This document shows, piece by piece, positions 32,660 through 46,400 of a stretch of DNA of 64,000 nucleotides (positions within the stretch are counted from its first letter, which is position 1; each line of letters opens with the position of its first letter). A model generated the notes under the pieces. It was not told the origin of the DNA and made no database searches. It saw only the letters and a list, made by a program, of their open reading frames with translations. The position numbers were made by a program, and so were the translations under genes. The DNA is from Trichoplax sp. H2 (taxonomy: Eukaryota): contig NOWV01000263.1 in assembly GCA_003344405.1 (NCBI GenBank), positions 1 through 64,000 on the forward strand, in the 5' to 3' direction.

Positions 32660-33115
32660 GGTATTTACTGTGCAAGTGCATCGATCAATCGCATTCTCGA
32701 TTTGCTGCACAGGTACATCGATCACAATCAATCCAATCAGTATTCTCCATTTGCTTTACATGTGCATCGATCAATCGAACCAGTATTCTCCATTTGCTGT
32801 ACTGTACAGTATAACTGCATCGATCACAATCAATCCAACCAGTATTCTCCATTTGCTTTACATGTGCATCGATCAATCAATCAACGTATTCTCCATTTGC
32901 TGTACAAGTGCATCGATCACAATCAATCAATCGTATTCGCGATTTGCTGTACAGATGCATCGATCACAATCAATCCAACCAGTATTCTCCATTTGCTGTA
33001 CAGATGCATCGATCACAATCAATCAATCAGTATTCTCGATTTGCTGTACAAGTGCATCGATCACAATCAATCCAACCAATATTCTCCATTTGCTGTACAA
33101 GTGCATCGATCACTA
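32660..33115. repeat. Minisatellite, ~48-50 bp unit, ~10 copies
   Basis: Unit gtattctccatttgctgtacaagtgcatcgatcacaatcaatccaacca repeated; it generates the overlapping repetitive ORFs at 32617-33208. Confidence 0.95.
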
Positions 33116-33999
33116 CAATTTTTGAGTAGGAATCTCCATTCAGGCTGGGAATGCAGCCATCCATGTGAATGGATTTCTATTGCTAAATTGCCGAAAGCTA
33201 CAACTTAGCTGAAATCGGACAGAATAAGCTGGCGTGAGACGCACTATCGAGCCTGGACAGACTAGTGGATACTCTCACAACAGTAGCTCAATAAATCCTC
33301 TTACAATTTAGTAATCCATGACTGTACTGTACTGTATACAGATTAATCAATCTTGGTGAATTAAGTTGTCAGTCTAACAATCATAAAGATGACTAAAATC
33401 TTTCTGGTAGACGTGTATTGAATAATTAATTAATCCATGATTATGTATACTGCCAGTTCATCGTCCGATCCACTGCACAGTGCACAAGAATGAGCTAAGG
33501 GATCAGGCTTAGACCTGAGAAAGGCCCGGTTTATAAACACTAAACTAAAATTAGACCTCGTCTTTCCACTCCACACTGAAATACTTCACAACTAACTCAC
33601 CATTTTACTCCATGACTGAATAGTACTGTCATCAACCGCTAGAAGAAGACTTCAAGTGGTCATAGAGCAGCACACCTGAGGCATGATGAGCTAAGCGATC
33701 AAACTTAAAAGGTGCAAAACTAAAAGTCAAGATTCGATCTGGTCTCCCCACACTAGTAGACAGTAGTTCAAGCATTGTTCATCAGTACAGTACAAGTATA
33801 TCGATTGCCTTGAGCTAAACAATCAGACTTGAGGGGATATAAACAAGAAAATACCAAGTTTAATTCGATTTGATCTTTCAATTCTACTTGAATATATGGA
33901 TTATATGGAGAATTGCTTAATGGGCCATGGCAACATTGACCAGTTAGCTCTGTTTAGACTGAACATGCGTACACTATCGCTAAAAGTTTACTGTATTAG

Positions 34000-34013
34000 G
34001 TTACCATAGCGAC
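34000..34013. promoter_or_regulatory. RFX X-box upstream of MNS1
   Basis: GTTACCATAGCGAC fits the X-box consensus RTHNYYWTRRNRAC, ~450 bp upstream of the MNS1 ATG; additional half-site CCATGGCAAC at ~33925. Confidence 0.65.
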
Positions 34014-34458
34014 CATGCACAGTAAAGTAAAATAGGACAAGAGAAGTGTAAAAAAGACTTGGATTCAAATTCTTCTTCTATAGTCTACACTATAAGCAAG
34101 GGTTATGCTTTCAACCTAATATCACCGGGTGGGGAGAGTTGTACTGTAGATATGTGCGCCTTATTTTATTATCAAACCACAGCAGAATTTGATCTAGTGT
34201 TGAAATAAGTACTCGACTGAATATTACCATATTAGCGCTTTGCTTAGTGTTCTAGTCAAGAGTGACAAGTCGATGGTTCTCTTATTCCGATACATTTTAA
34301 AATAAAACAATCTTCTTTCTTGACATTGGACATTTTTATCCCTAATCGATATTCACTACAACGACAGCCTAATTGAAAGTGACACCGTAACCACCGTAGG
34401 CCTTCGTTAAATAATATTCGATCAACTTTACCACAAGTCTCATCAATCTATCTCCAAA

Positions 34459-37400
34459 ATGGTAACATCAAACGAAATTCAATTATTAAAAATTATAAGC
34501 CAATTCCATTTCAGTTCAATATATTATTCTATTCTTGACAGAAGAAATAGTTTTACGAGCACAACTGGAAACTATCCTAGCGTAGTAAAATACTATATAG
34601 ATACAGTGTATATACAGTACTTACTAAAATTTTATAATTATTCATCGAAGCGGTTATCATTATTTCGGATTATAGTATTTAGTGCGTTGACTACTATCTA
34701 CTATGCACTAGACAGCAATTATTGATATGAATCCTTTATATTCCAATGGTGCCAATGATGCCATAGTTAGTCGCTGTTTATGAATATTAACCAATTTAAT
34801 TTTAACTGTCACTTTAAAGTAATAGGATTGTGTTGTGTATTAAATGTCTATCCTCAGATCTAATATGCAGTATTTGATCGCGGTTATTATTCTAAAATGG
34901 AAATCACTTGTAATTAAAACGCTGTAGTGTAAAATTTAGTTGTGTGTAAAATTAGTCTCCATCAAATACTGTTAGATGGTATTTATTGCATTGTAAAATT
35001 AGATAAGATCTTACTCATATTGGGACATTATACTCAAAGTAACCGAAGTACAATCATGTTTCCATAGGCTTCAATACGACGAGCTGGTTATATGAAAAAT
35101 TTTCAACCGGCAAAAATGCAAGAACGCGCTCATAAACAAGACGAATTACGAAATGATTTAGCAGTGAGAATGCAGAGAGAACGCATGTTACAGGCGAACT
35201 TAGAAAGTGAAGAACGAGTTGAAACGAAACGGTTTATCAGACAAGTGCAGAAAGAAGAAGAAGAAAGACATATGGCTCAAGCCTTATATGAGGTAGATAT
35301 ACAAGTTTTACTATTATGGCCCTTGTAGGAGAGGAGCCAATCTTATATTAAGATATTACATACAGCACGTTTAATAAAAATAATTGAATGTTGTTACATT
35401 AAAAGGCTGAGGAGCAGAAAAGGATACGCTTTGAACTTGCTGAGCAGGAAGAGCGGCTAGCCAAAGAGTTAGAACGTCGTAAAGCTGAAAGAATGCGCTT
35501 AGAGAAACTTCGACAACAAATTCGCGAAAATAGGTTTGTAGTTAACTATTATGTCAACTGTAAAGAAAAATCATACTGATTAATAAATTGCTGCCCAAAA
35601 GTTTTACCTCCTGCGAGTAGTCGCACGAACAATATACACTCCATGCTAATCATAAATTTTTATTACTTAACCTAACATAGCCCGGAACTACGAGAATTAG
35701 AAAGTAGACTTAAGGCTGCCTATATGAATCGTGAGAGAGCGGCTCAGATAGCCGAAAAGAAGGCTAGATCATTAGATAAGCAGGTCAGATAGTGTTAAAT
35801 AATTGTAAACAGTGGAAAGTTTTTGATCAAAAAAATTTTATTATCTGAAATAAGACAATCATATTATTATTTACATGTATGATATCAATTTGTTGACGTT
35901 TCCAGAAAGATCAAGATGAGATCGCTAAAATGATTCAAGAAGAGATTCTCCGAGCGGAAGAAGTTGAAAAGCAGTTGGAAGAAAATAAAGCTAAGCAAAA
36001 AGTTCAATACAAGGCACAAATTCAACAGCAACTTGATGAAAGGGTGAGTTGTTATTCTTGATTAATTCGTAAAGTATGGTCTATTTAATCCATGTAACGA
36101 TCTATACCTTAATATTGATTGCTAGTAGCCTCTACTACACTATTTTATCGTGCGTGCACTCGGTCTTAAATCTTGTCATCTATAGCCTACCAGTAAAGCC
36201 TATGTATATTTCTTTATTCATATAGAAAACGTATTCCAAGATAGTAACGCTAAATATGTTAACATACTTAAATTACTAGATAAAATTGTATTCAGTTTTG
36301 AATTTGAGTTTATTTCTTGCGAAGTATTATATTAATTAAGGCTATAAATAGGGCAATTAATTTGTGTTAACGATTGCTGATATATAGCTTAATTGACACT
36401 CTGTGATGCCTCTTTCCTTTCAAATCGATTTCATTGAATTATCAAATTATTATAGGAAGAACTAAGAAAACAGGCGTATGAAGAGTTTCTTAAGGAAAAA
36501 CTTATGATAGACGAAATTGTACGCAAAATTTACGAAGAAGATGAAAGGTAACCATGCAATCCAAATCTAAATCGTAATGGGTACTATTTTAAAAATTTTA
36601 TAACCAACTTTGAAAATAATTACTGCACTATTTAGAGAAAAGCAATTACGCTTTGAGAAACAACGTGCTACGCAAAGGTACATTGAGGATTTCAAAACGC
36701 AGCGTGAAGAGGTATCATACATGTCATATTTATATGAAAATATTGAACGTAGCGACTCTCATTACAATTAATTACTTCCCATGATGGTTTTTAGTGGAAG
36801 CAACAAGAAACTCAACGCATGGAAGAGGAAAATCAAAAGATTTTACGATATGCTAAGCAGCAAACGGAAAGGGAAGAAGAGCGAATGGAAAAGAGGCGAC
36901 AGGAAGATCAAGCAAAAGCTGAGCTACAAGATAAAGTAAGTTTTCGTTATATTATGTAGTTATTGTTTCGAAAGATAGATTTTGTTACACGATATATTCT
37001 TCTGGCAGATTTAGTTTCATCTTTAGTATACATAAACTCATTATTACGTTGCTTCTGTCGATACCTTTGTATGGAATATAGCTTGCTACAGAAATGAAGA
37101 GAAAGCAGGAGGCTGTAGAAGAACTAGAAAGGTAATCATTTAGAGAATGCAATAAATTTTTAATTATGAAATTGCTGTCCAATATGGTTTCTTAAATTAT
37201 GATCAATTGCTATCGATAGAATTCGTGAAGACTTATACTTGGAAGAACAGGAAGAGAAAGAAAGGCAAAAAGAAATGGTATCTATCTATTTATCTAGTTA
37301 TATCCTTATCTAGTTTCTGTAAAATTTATCGAAATTGGCACGTTTGAATTTCTTTAAAATTGACATATATTTTCAGTTGTATGTAATCTATTAATTAAAA

Positions 37401-38246
37401 TTTCAATCGTATAGGTTGAGATAGAGAAACGTATAAGACAGCGTCTAGCATTGCAGAAAACTTACGAGATTCAATTGCAAGATAAAGAAATGCGCAAAAT
37501 TAAAGAAAAGGAAGAAGAGGAAGCTTTCAGATATCAAGTTAGTGCTTTAATCTTTATTTCATAGAAATAAGATTAAGTGAACTCATCATACGCTCCATGT
37601 CATTATCCCTGATATTTTTTTAGTCGATTCATTAATTATGCTAACATATTCATTGCATTTTAGATGTTGGCCAAATTTGCAGCTGATGACAAGCTGGAAC
37701 AAATCGGTGCGCAAAAGCGTCGCATGAAGCAGCAAGAACATAAACGTGCTGTCGAGAAATTGATTGATGAACGAAGAGCTAAAAGAGAGCTTGAAAGAGT
37801 GCGTAATTACGAAATCTTATCTATTTTTAACGTCTACAATTATCCACCATTCGAAGTACTAACTTTGCATTCTGTTTGGCATAACTAGCAAGCTGAACTT
37901 AAATCTAAAGAAGAAGAAAAAGAAATGGAGAAGTTCAGACAACAAATTATTGAAGATGAAAGGCAGAAGCTGCTTCGTGAGCATGCTTCAAAGTTGTTGG
38001 GATATTTGCCAAAGGTAAGCAATTCACCCTTATTAATTAGAAAAAGGCTAATTATGTGTACGAATAAAGTGTACTATACTTCGAATAATGAGTAATGCAG
38101 ATTTTAATCATCTTAATCTGAATTTATGATTATAATCTTAGGGTGTACTACGCAGTGAAAACGATTTAGATTTTTTCGACAATGACTTCCGAACTGAATA
38201 TGCAAGGCAAAATGTAGATCCTTTTGCTAGTGAAGATTTCTCTTAG
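34459..38246 (+). CDS. MNS1: Meiosis-specific nuclear structural protein 1 (axonemal microtubule inner protein), multi-exon; putative ATG-only first exon at 34459, next exon from 35068
   Basis: Coiled-coil exons with RQQIRENSPELRELESRLKAAYMNRERAAQIAEK, AYEEFLKEKLMIDEIVRKIYEEDE, MLAKFAADDKLEQIGAQKRRMKQQEHKRAVEKLIDERR and LLREHASKLLGYLPKGVL; stop TAG at 38244-38246. Confidence 0.93.
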
Positions 38247-39446
38247 ATCAGATAGACGTAACACTATCTGGAAATAGCACCTGCAACAAGTGATAAAATC
38301 TCTGTCAATTTCGCTTTATGGAAAAGTAATGTATTTATGATATTCTTTGTTAAATAACAACCATGTTGTACGACTTTCGTAACGATTTATAATGCTACAA
38401 CCACTTTAAACTGTACCGCTGATTGATTTCGAGGCTTTATCATTGAAGGTAAATAATGATGCTAATGTATAAATACCACGTTCTTAAAATTTGTTACAGT
38501 ATATAGCGCACTTTCATTACTTCATTTGATTTCAGATCAACTATTATAAAAAATGTGCGACAGCTAATGGCAGATTTCCATTTGTACTTTCGTCAATTCA
38601 AAACTACACCATAAGCTGATTTCTTTCTTATTCCAGTTTTAGTTGCATCGTACACGCAGATCTTATTCTATGGTAGTCTATTCAGTTTTGAACATATTAA
38701 CGCTAACCAATAAAAGTGAGGTGCTATGTTAAATTATAGCCATCTCTTTAATTTTAGACATTATAGTAAGTTCAAAGGATAAGATTTGTAATTTCTTGCT
38801 TAAGATCTGTGGAAACAATGCTTGATAGGTTTATAATTATCCGAGTAACTGATAATGCTCATCTTTAAATGCTTGTTGATGAGTCAATCGTGATGAAATA
38901 TTTTAGTAAATGCTACTAATTCGGACGCTTGTTAATATAGCATTTAAAGTAAATGATCAATAAATAGGAATCAATATTGTTATCAATATATGAGATGATA
39001 CAAAGTACTGATATGATTGCATGAACATTTAATACCGACATCAGTGATATCTATATAGATCTACGAATCCTTTAGAGACTAATTTACTTTATTTCCAATG
39101 AGATACTTTATATTGTACCATCCAATAACTATAATTGCTCAATCAAATATAGGTTTATGTACGTGTTTATCTCTCATTTGGGATTGTACTTTTGCCTAGT
39201 TTGTTATTGAGGATTATACATATTAAATATGTATCTTGTAGTAAGTCTCATTTATTGATAGATCTTTTATTAAATAATAGATCAACGCTGAACAACCTTA
39301 TACAGTATGATAGAGTAGTAGGAATAGTATTCAAAGTTATCCTTTATCGATGGTGATGCTCCTTCTTAACATGTCGAAATTTAGCGAGTTGGTCGTAACA
39401 AGCCAGTAAAATAGGAGTGCAGATGTGATAACTCGTTTTGCACGTG

Positions 39447-41784
39447 TTATATTTTTGACAGTTTGGTAATATCCATTACACAATCCGTTCCTGGATATGG
39501 CGGAAGATCCATTTGGTATTTGTTTTGTAAAGTGTTTGGAACAAAGCGTCCTCCAAGGTAATGAACTCGACCATTGAAATATCTAGCACATAACTTAGGT
39601 GCTGTCAAGGAAATCAACATATCAGGCTGAATACCATTTGGGTCTCCACGTTCTACATCCCATCCTACTCATATGAAAGTAAGATACCAAATTATCCAAT
39701 GCTAAAGAACAGAGTCAATTATTAAAATTGAAGTATTCGAACCTGAAGGTACATCAACAGAACAGATAGGTAATCGCGATTCCTTTAATTTACTTAACAC
39801 ATCATCGAAAGGAGGTCTTGGACTACCTTTAAAACTAAATCCAAATAATGCATCGACAATTAAATCATACTTTGCTTCTAAGTCAGTCACCGCAGATAAT
39901 TGGGTTCCATCAAGGAATTCAATTTCCATTTTTTGACATTGTGTAACAAGGTTGTTGAATAATGTTTTATTGGGTCGTTTTGGATAGTATATTGTTGGTC
40001 GAAAACCCTATGACGGAATTATAATTAGAAATCTTTATAATACCTTGAGAGTGCATAAAAATTGATGACTTTTCTCTGTAGAGAGAAGAATGAATTTGTT
40101 TCAGATTAAAATCTGAAACCTACGATCTGCTTGGATTGCTTTATCATTGATGATTATCATATTCAGAAAATCTTGATATAGTATGTACTTGTTAATCGAT
40201 CTTTTATGCGAAATATTCTGAAATGGATGTTATAGGTATCTATAGTTTAGTATTTCTAGCAAGCACAGTAATACTGTGGCGTTTTTTCTAGTAACGCGTG
40301 CTTTTTATTTAGATAATGTAAGCATTCACTTTTAACGCGCTAAAACCATAAGGCTACAGTTACTACTACAATTACACTACGATACTTTGGGCAATGAAAT
40401 CAGTTTCTGACGTGCACGTTGATATGCTTACTTATTTAAGAGTTCGCTTTCGCAAGTACGAATAGTAGGGGCGTAACGTTCATAGGCTGCTAATTAAGTC
40501 AGGGAATTCAAATATAGCTATGATTGATTCTAGCGATGCTTACTCATGTTATGCGGTATAATATCATTATTACACTTACAAATAATAAGAGATGTCTTGC
40601 AGCTACTAAGCCATCACCTCCGTTGTTGCCTGGTCCACAGCAGACTAGAACATTTCCGGCTTTGTAAGTTTTACCAACAGCAACAGCTACACTAAGTCCA
40701 GCCACTTCCTATCAAAGTTGAAGAGGTTGCAAAGTTATATACCAAAGTAAAAGAATACAACCTGCTCATTTGAACGTACGGACATTCGTTAACATTTTAT
40801 AACTGGTGCTGGTACGTCTTATACTGTACGATATTAGTTAACAGATTTAGAGAGTAAGTCACAATAATATCGCTCTGTTTAATAAGTATATCAATTTATA
40901 ATAGGCCCAGGTGAAACTAGATCTAAGTAAGCTATGCATTAGTGCGATTGAGCATGACGGTTAAATTAAAGAATGAATCGTTCACCTACAATGCGTATAA
41001 TGATTTAGCAATGTTTATCAAGCAGATTAGTTTGTTGGCTTCGATACTATAGGTCTGAGCAAGCTATAGTACATAGCGGTGTTGTAGCAAACCAGCAACC
41101 TACGATTTGGAGTAGCATTTGCCTACCGATTTTGATTGTAAATCACAATATAGCGAGGTGTATTAAGCACATTAGTTTGTTGGCCTCAACGTAACAACAT
41201 TTCAATTCATTTAAGGTCTGAGCGAGCTATAGAGTACTGTTCATGATGATTGATACAACAGTCAATGAATAACTTACAATCTTGCATAACATTTATCTAC
41301 CGATTGCAGTTGCAAACAACAATAATATATAGCAATGCTCCTGCTGTACAGTCCATACGTATGATTGTAATGATATATTATGAAGTAGGTCAATTTGTAG
41401 TAGTATTTGGCACTATTTGCATATGGATGATGGTGAATAAGCAAAAGCTATATTACTATTGAACGACAAGGTACTATGACAACAATTTAAGATTAATCTG
41501 TATTTGTATCTATTCTATTTCAAGCGTTTCAATAAAATAGGTAGTTTGCAGCAATTACAAATGCTATCCATGATCTAGCTGATCGATGATGAGATCAGTA
41601 AATCAAAGTGAGAAATTACCATCAACTGATCCACGCTGAATTTGTAGTCATTAAATAGCTCTATATCGACATTTTGTGCTTCTTCTTGTGTTAGTAGTTT
41701 CATTGTGCGTTGCAAGCGTAGACAAAATAATGGTGATTTAATCGTAGAACCAATGAATATATTGAAAAGTGTCAATTTGGGCAT
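39447..41784 (-). CDS. NAXE: NAD(P)H-hydrate epimerase (APOA1BP/YjeF-N), 4 exons (~41784-41620, 40708-40580, 40007-39742, 39665-39447)
   Basis: [99 protein letters not shown] and PPYPGTDCV. Confidence 0.95.
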
Positions 41785-43064
41785 AGTACCAAATCGGTAA
41801 ATGTTCTAATGTCGTCTTGGTAGCAGGGACCGGCTACTGCACATACTGTAGTACACTAAGTATAGTGTACAGTACAGTCAGTGCTTGAATTTTTCCTACT
41901 GTACCTGTCCCTTTGCTTGGTTTTATATTCTTGACTGTACTGTCCAGCCGTAGTATAGTATGTAAGCCAGTATGGGTGACATTACTTTTGATGGCAATTC
42001 AGTTTATAACTATAATGATTGGTATACCTGTAGCAAAAATAGTGTCATCTACGTATTGACAGCATGAAATGAATCACCTCTTGTCCCTCCTTATTTTGTT
42101 GTATTGCTCACCTTTTGCAGCACTGTACTTAATAAGTAGTCCATATCCTAATGCAAATAAATATCATAGACACTTATCATCCAGTCTAGTAGATTGAGCT
42201 AATGCAGGTGGTTACACAAACACCCTTTATATTATACTTGACTTTATACGCACACCACAGGAATAATAGACAGGGCTTTACTGTTTCCTGCCATCGTGCC
42301 ATCAATGCTACTCGTTGCTAGTCTACACTTTACAGTATACGATCGTGTACTTACACTAGTTTTTTACTATTGAGTTATACTCTACAGCTATGTTATCATC
42401 ATAATCATGTTCTGCAGTTATCCTCCTACCTGTACATATAAACTTGAATTAGTTTATGATTTATTTAGCAAATCATGACTTTCGTTATTCACCCTGACGT
42501 TGCCCTCGAACTTAATTCTACTGTACAGTACTGTACAATGTGATCTGCTTTCTTCGATATGCTTGAATAGTATCAAAATTAATGACGCTTATACGACAAG
42601 TAAAACGCCTCTAAAATACCATTCACTATTAAAACCATGCATTTGCCATCCATTGAATTTTTGGTACAACTTGATGCAAAAATTGCACTATCGAATGGAA
42701 GGCATCACGTTGTATCTAGTACAGTATAGTACAGCCATTGGAATGCTACTGTTGTAGCTGTAGTAATACTGTACATTACTTTAGCGTAAAAAGTGTGACT
42801 ACAAGTCCATGGCCAATCGATGGACTGTGATATTTTTAAAAGAGAATTTCTCTTCCAAATCACTCGCCTAACATTCTCTGTCTGCTTCTTCTACTTGTAC
42901 AGTCTGGCGGGTAGAATGGGCCTTTTTCTACAGCTAAGCCACAATAATACCACTGTTATTCAACATCGTCATTAAAGTATTCTACCACAGTCAAAAATGA
43001 TAGAAGCAAGTGCGCCATTAGCGATTGCAATTTACAGCCTTGCCTGTCTGTCCACGTAGCCATA

Positions 43065-43090
43065 GTTTGACTACGGTACCGTAGTCAAAC
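43065..43090. repeat. Perfect 26-bp palindrome
   Basis: GTTTGACTACGGTACCGTAGTCAAAC is its own reverse complement. Confidence 0.9.
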
Positions 43091-43467
43091 ACTGTCCAGT
43101 AGAGTAGCTGTGTGTTGACCACCTGCAGGCTAGACACTGCAATCACTATCGAGGTAGCCCGCCCTGCCCACTCTCAATGATCTTCCGTTAAGTATACATA
43201 CAGATATACCGATGGACGTTTGTACCCTCTCCCAGTATACCGTTGTAGAAGACGATAGCAGTCGTTGAAGTAGACCCAGTCGAGGTCAAATCAGCACGGC
43301 AAACTCGTCCAAGCTGTGCGTGTAGGGGTGATAATGAAAGCAGCCTTGTCAAGGCACCGAATCATCGCCGCATTAAATTAAACAACGACTACAATTCTGA
43401 ACTTGGTATGCAAGCACAAGTTCGTTTGAAATAGCTTTGAGTGGTCGGTATTTGTTAGCAATCGAAC

Positions 43468-46400
43468 ATGACGACTGAACAACTGTATACCAAAGTAAGT
43501 ATAGGGCGTGTATTTTTCTATCGTTGTCATTTCTTGATCGTGTCTTGCTCATGTTGATTAATACCAATCAGTCATCACTTCTAGCGATTGTACCTCTACT
43601 GAAAGGGATCGCATGAAAACATAGATACAGTAGTTACTTGATGGTGATGATTTCAATATTTTATCGTCGATACTTGATCCATGGAGTACCAGAGTGATTT
43701 TGTACTACTGTAGTTTGAAATCGATAAAAGTTTGCAATGAGAATTCAATCAGTGGATACAGTATTTCAACAAGTAATTTGAATGTTTCAATGCTATTGAT
43801 CAAGTGGACAGGATACTGTAGTCTTACTGTATTGACGATCGAAATTTACGGTCAACGGCAGCAATTGGAGCCTTCTCATTAAAATCATACTACGACTACA
43901 TTGTCAATAGACTCCAATTCAATACTACGTTGACATTGAAACATGGTTACTGACATCCTTTTGGATGCTGTTAAAACACACTTTTGGGGGAGGGCTACCA
44001 AATTTCTATCGAGGTGTTATACCAACAGGTATTTTGCATTTAGACTACATGTCCGTACAGTTAGATAAAGACCGAAGCTGCCCTACATAAATTGAAACTT
44101 TCTATTTTCATTATTTATACTGTACCATACTCGCTTGGAGATTAGGTTAGATGGAAACTGCCGTCAGGCTAAAAATTCAATAAATATTCTGTAGCGCTAA
44201 ACGATGACTACGACAAATCAGTTTAGTCGACGATCGTACCGTCTAGACCTGACTACCGTCCATAACCGAAATAGATGCCAATCCCTTTTACTCTAGGTTT
44301 GGAAAACCTTTCATTAACTGATTTTATTATTATACAGATCTTAGGACATGGTTAATCTTCAGTTACTTTGGCGCCCACTCAATTTCTAGTTAATATAGAT
44401 AGATTAAACATGTCTGCTGATCACTGGTGCGATAAGTAACGACAGTAATTACTGTATGTCGACCGTATCAAGTCCATGCAGAAGCATGCGATGAATATTC
44501 AGTAGACGGCAGTATTATGCAAACAAAGTCATGTCATCAATTGGATCATTACTATCGCCAGTCTATTTCAACTGGCATAAATAGAACACACTGCAATAAA
44601 TCATATCAATCCAATCTTCCTACCTATTACTGAGATTCATATTTAGCCGGCATATTATAATCGCTCTTTATGCTTTATTCTACGATCAGGCACATGCCAG
44701 TCCATTGAGTGAGCAATACATAAACGCCTTGAATCACACTGCCTGACCATATTGCATAATTGAAAGACCATATATGCACCATAATTTGGGGATGCTTTTG
44801 ATACTGTAGCATTATACGCTTAGCGCTGACCGGAAGGTATATAGTAAGGAGACAAGAGTCGCTATAGTAACGCCTGTAGTATGCAGTCGTTATGCAGTGA
44901 CTCTCTACTTTACCACAGTTACACAACATGGTGGAGAATGATAGAGGCTAAATATCGCCAACCTGTTGTTTAAAAATACATGTTATAACGTTGATAGCAA
45001 GTCGTAAAATGAGAACAAATTAATCAGGGTGTACACTGAAATTCAATGACTGAACCAAGGTTTAAGTACAGTAGACTGTATTCAATATACTATGATGGCA
45101 TGACAGGGATTCTAGTAGGCGATGGCTTTGTTAACAAATAATTTAGTAGTAGCATTTTCACCAACTTCTACAATATGAAGGGATGATTCCAATAGGTAGA
45201 ATTCAATGGAAAGACTAGTAAAATCAATAATAGAAATGTTCGTCTATAACCATAGAAATATCCCGATCTAGCTGCTGTTGTAATATTGGATGCAATACTT
45301 GTAATAAACAAATGATAATTATCTCTCATTAATTTTAGGGAACAGGGGTATGGATTCCAGACAAAGACATAGTCTGGCGTGCTGGAATTGTTGTCGGCCC
45401 CATTAAGGATAACAAATTACGAGTATTTTTAGACAATGGTTCGGTAAGTACTTTAGCTGTGCACTATTTCTTCCTATTAAAGTACACCTAAGTCTACCAG
45501 TAGAATACTCAAATACTGTACTTTGTGTACTCTTCCACTAAATTCATTGTGCTAGATATCTTTAAATCTCGATAAGAAATATCGAAAGTAGATACATGTA
45601 ATTAACAGATATCATCTGTACGTACTAGCTTAAAAAGATTCTACGCAATTGAATGCTTAGTTCTTATTAAATATTGATATTGTTTTACGTAGATGAGCTT
45701 AGTTTTCTCACGTTGTTAGTTAGTAAATATTGTATTAGGATAGAAATGTAGCGAGGAGAGTAATTAAATTCATTATCCTAACACCATGATTTTTCTAGGA
45801 GTGAAATCATTTGACTTATTATCATTATCAACTGCTCTATAAAATACACAATTAGTAACAATGTGTACATTTCGCTATTATTGATCAATTATAGCTACGA
45901 TATATATTTTTACTCTTAATTTCAAAAGTATGAGAACAATTAATCTATTGATGATAATAGTAGCATTACATTTCTGTCCTGGAATGCATCACTAATGCTC
46001 TAAGATTTCTTGTTTTTATATCGTTTTTAGACCTGATTTTATAATACTAAATAGTATGTATTAGTAGTGTTGAGAAACTTAGGTACAGTCTCAGCATCTA
46101 TAATGTAGCTTTGTTTTAGTATAAATTATTTACATCAATTTTTAGATAAATGAATATCTAAAACATTGATATGAATAGACAAATATACAGAACGGCATAC
46201 CGTCATATTAGGTACTGGCTATTGTGATGCCCAAAAAATAAGCAGCCACGCCTCTATCATCGTAATTACCATGTAGTAGTACATTTTACAATAACTAATA
46301 ATATTTTTTAGATGACCTTGTGATACCCATCATAATCCCTTTATATTGAAGTTTACAAGATGTAGTCATTCTATTTAATGACTTTACTGTAATTCAGTCA

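Noticed and set aside
32660..33115. CRISPR-like regularly spaced repeats, and ORFs 32617-33208
   Set aside because: The whole unit repeats with no unique spacers, there are no cas genes and the context is eukaryotic; the ORFs are by-products of the minisatellite.
43990..44440. Alternative myosin V first exons (...EVLYQQ|gt at ~44028; MSADHWCD at 44410)
   Set aside because: The first has no in-frame ATG and the second has the wrong splice phase; MTTEQLYTK|gt at 43468 fits the family N-terminus.
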